A stretch of DNA of 64,000 nucleotides from an uncultured Isosphaeraceae bacterium (GTDB lineage: Bacteria > Planctomycetota > Planctomycetia > Isosphaerales > Isosphaeraceae), in NCBI GenBank assembly GCA_963823675.1, contig CAWGMT010000013.1, positions 759,177 to 823,176 on the forward strand, given 5' to 3'. A model generated the notes under the pieces. That model did not search any database. It was not told the DNA's origin and worked only from the letters and a program-made list of their open reading frames with translations. Shown one piece after another: positions 60,839 to 64,000 of this stretch. Every line of letters starts with the position of its first letter. Within the stretch, counting starts at the first letter, position 1. The position numbers and the translations under genes are program-made.

Positions 60839-60916
60839 CCGGGCGAAAGGCGACAAAAATCCCTGCGCGGAGCGAAAGGCGACAACAACTTCTTTTCGCG
60901 GAGCGAAAGGCGACAA
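60839..60916 (+). repeat. three direct copies of an 18-nt motif (C)GGAGCGAAAGGCGACAA spaced about 30 bp apart, upstream of the DUF1559 gene
   Basis: Copies at 60839, 60868 and 60899. Each overlaps small hairpins (GCGAAAG/CTTTTCGC). The same core occurs at 26024-26050 in reverse orientation. Confidence 0.6.
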
Positions 60917-61046
60917 TGATTTCGCCCAGCGTTGCCGTTGATTCTTCCCCGAAGGAATTCGGCTTGTCGCTCATGGCCGGGCGCGCGAAACTGGATGGAT
61001 CATGTCTCTTTGATCGGGGTTCAATTCCCCAAGAGGAGGGCTAATC

Positions 61047-62225
61047 ATGATCCGGCCGGTTCGCCCGCGCAGTGGGTTTACGTTGATCGAGCTCTTGGTC
61101 GTCATCGCCATTATCGGGGTGTTGATCGCCTTGTTGTTGCCCGCCGTTCAGTCGGCTCGTGAGTCGGCGCAACGCGCGCAATGCATCAACAACTTGAAGC
61201 AACTGGGCCTGGCCGTGCAGAGCTATGTCACGGCGACGAATGTTCTGCCGGCTCAGACACTCGATAACGTCATGCTTCCCAACGGAATGGGAAACGTGAA
61301 CTGGTTCACGTCCTGGACCGCCAGCATCCTTCCCCACCTCGAACAGCAGCCTGCGTTCAACGCGCTCAACTTCAATGTCCCCATGATGGAACTGGCGCCA
61401 CCGATCCTGGGCGCGAACACGACCGTGGGGCTCATGACGATTGCGACTTTGCTTTGCCCGTCCGAGAGCGTGACCAAGTCGCCGAGCTACGCGCTTTCGG
61501 GGGCCACGCCGGCCGGCTACACGGCTCAATTCGGCGTGGCGAACTACGCCGGCAATTACGGCGGGCCGCCCACGATCCGCGCATGCAGCGGCGCGATCGT
61601 CCCTGTCAAAGGCAACAAGTCCCTCGTCTTCAACCTGATGTCGGCGGCGAACTTGACCTCGCCGCTCTCGGCCGGGCCCGTTCGCATGCAGATGATCACC
61701 GACGGCGCCGCGAGCACGGCACTTTTCAGCGAGCACCTGCTGTCGAGCACCCCTCCCTATATTGCGAATGATTCGAGCGTCACCCCGGGAGGACGGAACG
61801 CCAGGCGCGGGCTCTTCCCGGTTCCCATCACGGTCACGCTGGATCAGGCGAGTACCGCCAGCGCGCAGGCGTTCGTCAGTGCGTGCCAGAGCCTGCCGGC
61901 GGGCACTCCGGTGCTCGCGGGCATCGGTTTCGGGGCCCAGTGGCTCATGAGCATCGACTTCGCCCCGGCCAACAACGCCTACACCCATGTGATGGCCCCC
62001 AACAGCATCTCCTGTACCGGGTCTAACGACCCATCGGGCTACTTTTCGAGCGCCAACGGCGGATTTGGCGCCGCGATCTCCGCGACCAGCAACCATCCGG
62101 GCGGGGTCAACGTGGGATTCTGCGACGGCTCGGTGAAGTTCATCAACAATTCCATCGCCCTTCAGACCTGGTGGGGGCTGGGGACACGAAACGGCCATGA
62201 GATCATCGGCGCCGACACGTACTGA
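61047..62225 (+). CDS. DUF1559 protein with a type IV pilin-like (prepilin cleavage/methylation) N-terminus and an H-X9-DG C-terminal motif
   Basis: GFTLIELLVVIAIIGVLIALLLPAVQSARE and the C-terminal SNHPGGVNVGFCDGSVKFI. Confidence 0.85.
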   Translation: MIRPVRPRSGFTLIELLVVIAIIGVLIALLLPAVQSARESAQRAQCINNLKQLGLAVQSYVTATNVLPAQTLDNVMLPNGMGNVNWFTSWTASILPHLEQQPAFNALNFNVPMMELAPPILGANTTVGLMTIATLLCPSESVTKSPSYALSGATPAGYTAQFGVANYAGNYGGPPTIRACSGAIVPVKGNKSLVFNLMSAANLTSPLSAGPVRMQMITDGAASTALFSEHLLSSTPPYIANDSSVTPGGRNARRGLFPVPITVTLDQASTASAQAFVSACQSLPAGTPVLAGIGFGAQWLMSIDFAPANNAYTHVMAPNSISCTGSNDPSGYFSSANGGFGAAISATSNHPGGVNVGFCDGSVKFINNSIALQTWWGLGTRNGHEIIGADTY

Positions 62226-62311
62226 GCCGAGGCTGCGAGCATGCGCCTCCATGGGACGGTGGCCCACTTGATTTAGCGTTGAATACGGAAGGAAACTTCT
62301 TGGGCGAAGAG

Positions 62312-62667
62312 CGGTGGGTACTGAGGCCCGCCCCACTGGGAGAATCAAGGGATCCTGTAGAGGGGCGGGCGTCTCTGCCCGCCTCCGGAGCTTTCTTTCG
62401 CGGTGGGTACTGAGGCCCGCCCCACTGGGAGAATCAAGGGATCCTGTAGAGGGGCGGGCGTCTCTGCCCGCCTCCGGAGCTTTCTTTCGCGGCGGGCCCT
62501 GAGGCCCGCCGCGCTAAGAGAATCAAGGGATCCTCTAGTGGGGCGGGCGTCTCTGCCCGCCTCCGGAACTTTCTTTCGCGGCGGGCACTGAGGCCCGCCC
62601 CACTGGGAGAATCAACGGATCCTCTAGTGGGGCGGGCACTGAGGCCCGCCTCCGGAGCTTTCTTTCG
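62312..62667 (+). repeat. four perfect-length tandem copies of an 89-bp hairpin-forming repeat between convergent genes
   Basis: Units at 62312-62400, 62401-62489, 62490-62578 and 62579-62667. Copies 1 and 2 are identical. Copies 3 and 4 carry substitutions. Each has a GCCCGCCCC..(about 28 nt)..GGGGCGGGC stem. Confidence 0.9.
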
Positions 62668-62732
62668 TTGTGCAACGCGCAGTAACACGCTCGCGGGGAT
62701 TGGCGATGTCCAGGGCAGCGCGAGCCAACTTG

Positions 62733-64000
62733 TCAACGCCCCCGCGCTGTTCCAGACTTTCGGGCTTCCCGGCTGCGCCACCATTGCTGAAGGGTCTTCA
62801 CCCTCAAGGCGTTGCGATCACGGCCGACACCCCTCTTCGGATCGTAGGGCTCCATGTTGTGGCGGATGTTTTCAGACTCCCTGGCGTCGATATACCAGTT
62901 GAGCGTCTCGACGTTCTGCGTTTCTTGTCCAGACTGCACGGTGTCGCACGTGAAGATGACGGAGCGGAAAAACTCCTTGTCGCCGGTCACGTTGCTGAAC
63001 ATCGCGTGGAGGCCGACAATCTGCTCGTCATTGCGGAAGTACATCGACGACGAGCGCGCCGTCGCGAGGCCCTCGAACGGAATCACCACAGACTTCACGC
63101 CGTCGGCCACGAGCGAGAATAACCGTGGGAAGAGATGAAACGCTCGCGCGCTCCAGGGCCCCCGAGTGTCTATCGCGCCGTCGCCGGAGGAGGGCTCCTG
63201 AATGTCCGTGCTCAGCTTCTTGAGACGTCCTTCGTTGCGAAAGGCGCGGATCTGGACCAGCAGGACTCCCGCCGTGTTCATCTTGATCCAATCGCGGTGG
63301 CTGGCGATCCAGGCGGCGGCCAGGTTCACTCCGTAGTTATCGTAGTAGCCGGCGTCGACGACGTGGCGGGGCGGGACCGTCGGCAGGGTCACCGACGAGG
63401 TGACGTAAGGAAACGTCGCACTCATGCGTACGGCGGTCGCCAGCCGGAGCCGGTTACGACTCTCCTCGCCGAACATCCCGAAAAACTCGACGGCCGAGAC
63501 CGAGGTGAGTTCTGGGTACTCCAGATCATCGTCGGTCGGCGGTTTTGGCTTACCTTTCGCCTGGGCCTCCTTCAAGAACTGCTCGCGCAGAGCGTGGACA
63601 TCATCCGCAAGCAAGGCGCTGCCAAGGTTGACCCCCAGGTCGTGGAGCGGCTGATTGCTGATCAGCAGCCGGCGGCCATCCTCGACGAGCATCGGCGAAA
63701 AGATGATCGACGGGATCAGGCCCTCTTGCTCCTTCCGGTTGATCTCGCCGAAAGTGTGGGCGATCCCGTCGTCGAACTCGATCCAGGCGTCCTCGAGGGC
63801 GTCGCCCCGATTGTACGTCGCCCAGGGGACCAGTGAGCAGGGAAAAAAGTCGCGGAACGCAATGTGCCAGGCGATGGGCGTGAGGTAGTCGGGCACCGTC
63901 AGGGGCTTGCCCGGCCCGCCCAAGACGCCGGTTCCGTCATGGTGCCCGCTGACGTACCGCGCCGCGCCGAGCATGCCCCCCGAAGCCCCCGTGATCAGGC
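62733..64000 (-). CDS. patatin-like phospholipase family protein, 3' portion (gene continues beyond the window end)
   Basis: The frame is open to the window edge. ITGASGGGML (the GxSxG nucleophile) lies just upstream of the listed Met. The catalytic Asp motif VVDAGYYDNYGV (DGA/DGG variant) is downstream. Confidence 0.7.
   Translation of the reverse strand, partial: LITGASGGMLGAARYVSGHHDGTGVLGGPGKPLTVPDYLTPIAWHIAFRDFFPCSLVPWATYNRGDALEDAWIEFDDGIAHTFGEINRKEQEGLIPSIIFSPMLVEDGRRLLISNQPLHDLGVNLGSALLADDVHALREQFLKEAQAKGKPKPPTDDDLEYPELTSVSAVEFFGMFGEESRNRLRLATAVRMSATFPYVTSSVTLPTVPPRHVVDAGYYDNYGVNLAAAWIASHRDWIKMNTAGVLLVQIRAFRNEGRLKKLSTDIQEPSSGDGAIDTRGPWSARAFHLFPRLFSLVADGVKSVVIPFEGLATARSSSMYFRNDEQIVGLHAMFSNVTGDKEFFRSVIFTCDTVQSGQETQNVETLNWYIDARESENIRHNMEPYDPKRGVGRDRNALRVKTLQQWWRSREARKSGTARGR

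Noticed and set aside
62312-62667. Possible CRISPR array (also considered for the 60839-60916 repeats)
   Set aside because: In the 89-bp array the repeat units abut directly, with no unique spacers. The 18-nt motifs are separated by only 11-13 nt. No cas genes are present in the window.
1-64000. tRNA, rRNA or other structured RNA genes
   Set aside because: Scanning intergenic regions found no T-loop-like GGTTCGANTCC consensus in a cloverleaf context and no rRNA-like conserved stretches.

Overview
This 64-kb window is high-GC (roughly 65-70%) bacterial chromosomal DNA. The gene content points to Planctomycetota: a DUF1559 protein with a type IV pilin-like N-terminus, a DUF1501 protein with a Tat signal, a cytochrome c (CxxCH)-WD40 fusion, and a secreted N-terminus of the RRRF..LEGRTL type. 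Most of the window is core-like and is listed here from start to end.

- Start of the window: a CheA-like kinase (partial) and a CheY-like regulator lie next to a REC-PP2C/STAS partner-switching pair, followed by hemH, an Fe-alcohol dehydrogenase, an HtrA protease and a CPBP protease.
- A sigma-54 activator with a very large membrane sensor domain follows.
- hisS, hisZ and hisG are translationally coupled, with hisF nearby.
- pilT sits next to an unusual GspE/PilB-like ATPase with a membrane anchor.
- Further on are rpsR, a flotillin, gdhA, a creatininase and a SCO/CusF copper-chaperone fusion with an ArsR regulator.

Accessory or unusual content:
- a 2.36-kb IS with roughly 40-bp terminal inverted repeats (TIRs), whose DDE transposase is split over three reading frames at an A9 run;
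- a GH9 endoglucanase gene interrupted by an internally deleted IS256-family element with an 8-bp target-site duplication (TSD);
- a low-GC islet of about 3.7 kb, flanked by 14-bp direct repeats, that carries a single SF2 (DEAH) helicase-HNH nuclease fusion and is a candidate antiphage/defense module;
- a small cluster holding an addiction-module-like protein, a DUF1801 protein, a DinB protein and two tandem Uma2 nuclease paralogs;
- a 23-24-nt palindromic motif reused upstream of two secreted-protein genes, three times at one of them;
- a perfect 4 x 89-bp tandem hairpin repeat array between convergent genes.

A caveat applies throughout: many conserved genes, including rpsR, hisZ and hisG, are split across reading frames at G/C or A/T homopolymer runs, where a single-base indel would restore them. 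This points to indel noise in the assembly rather than true pseudogenes. No tRNA or rRNA genes were recognised and there is no CRISPR array. All family assignments are from reading the translations; no database search was possible.
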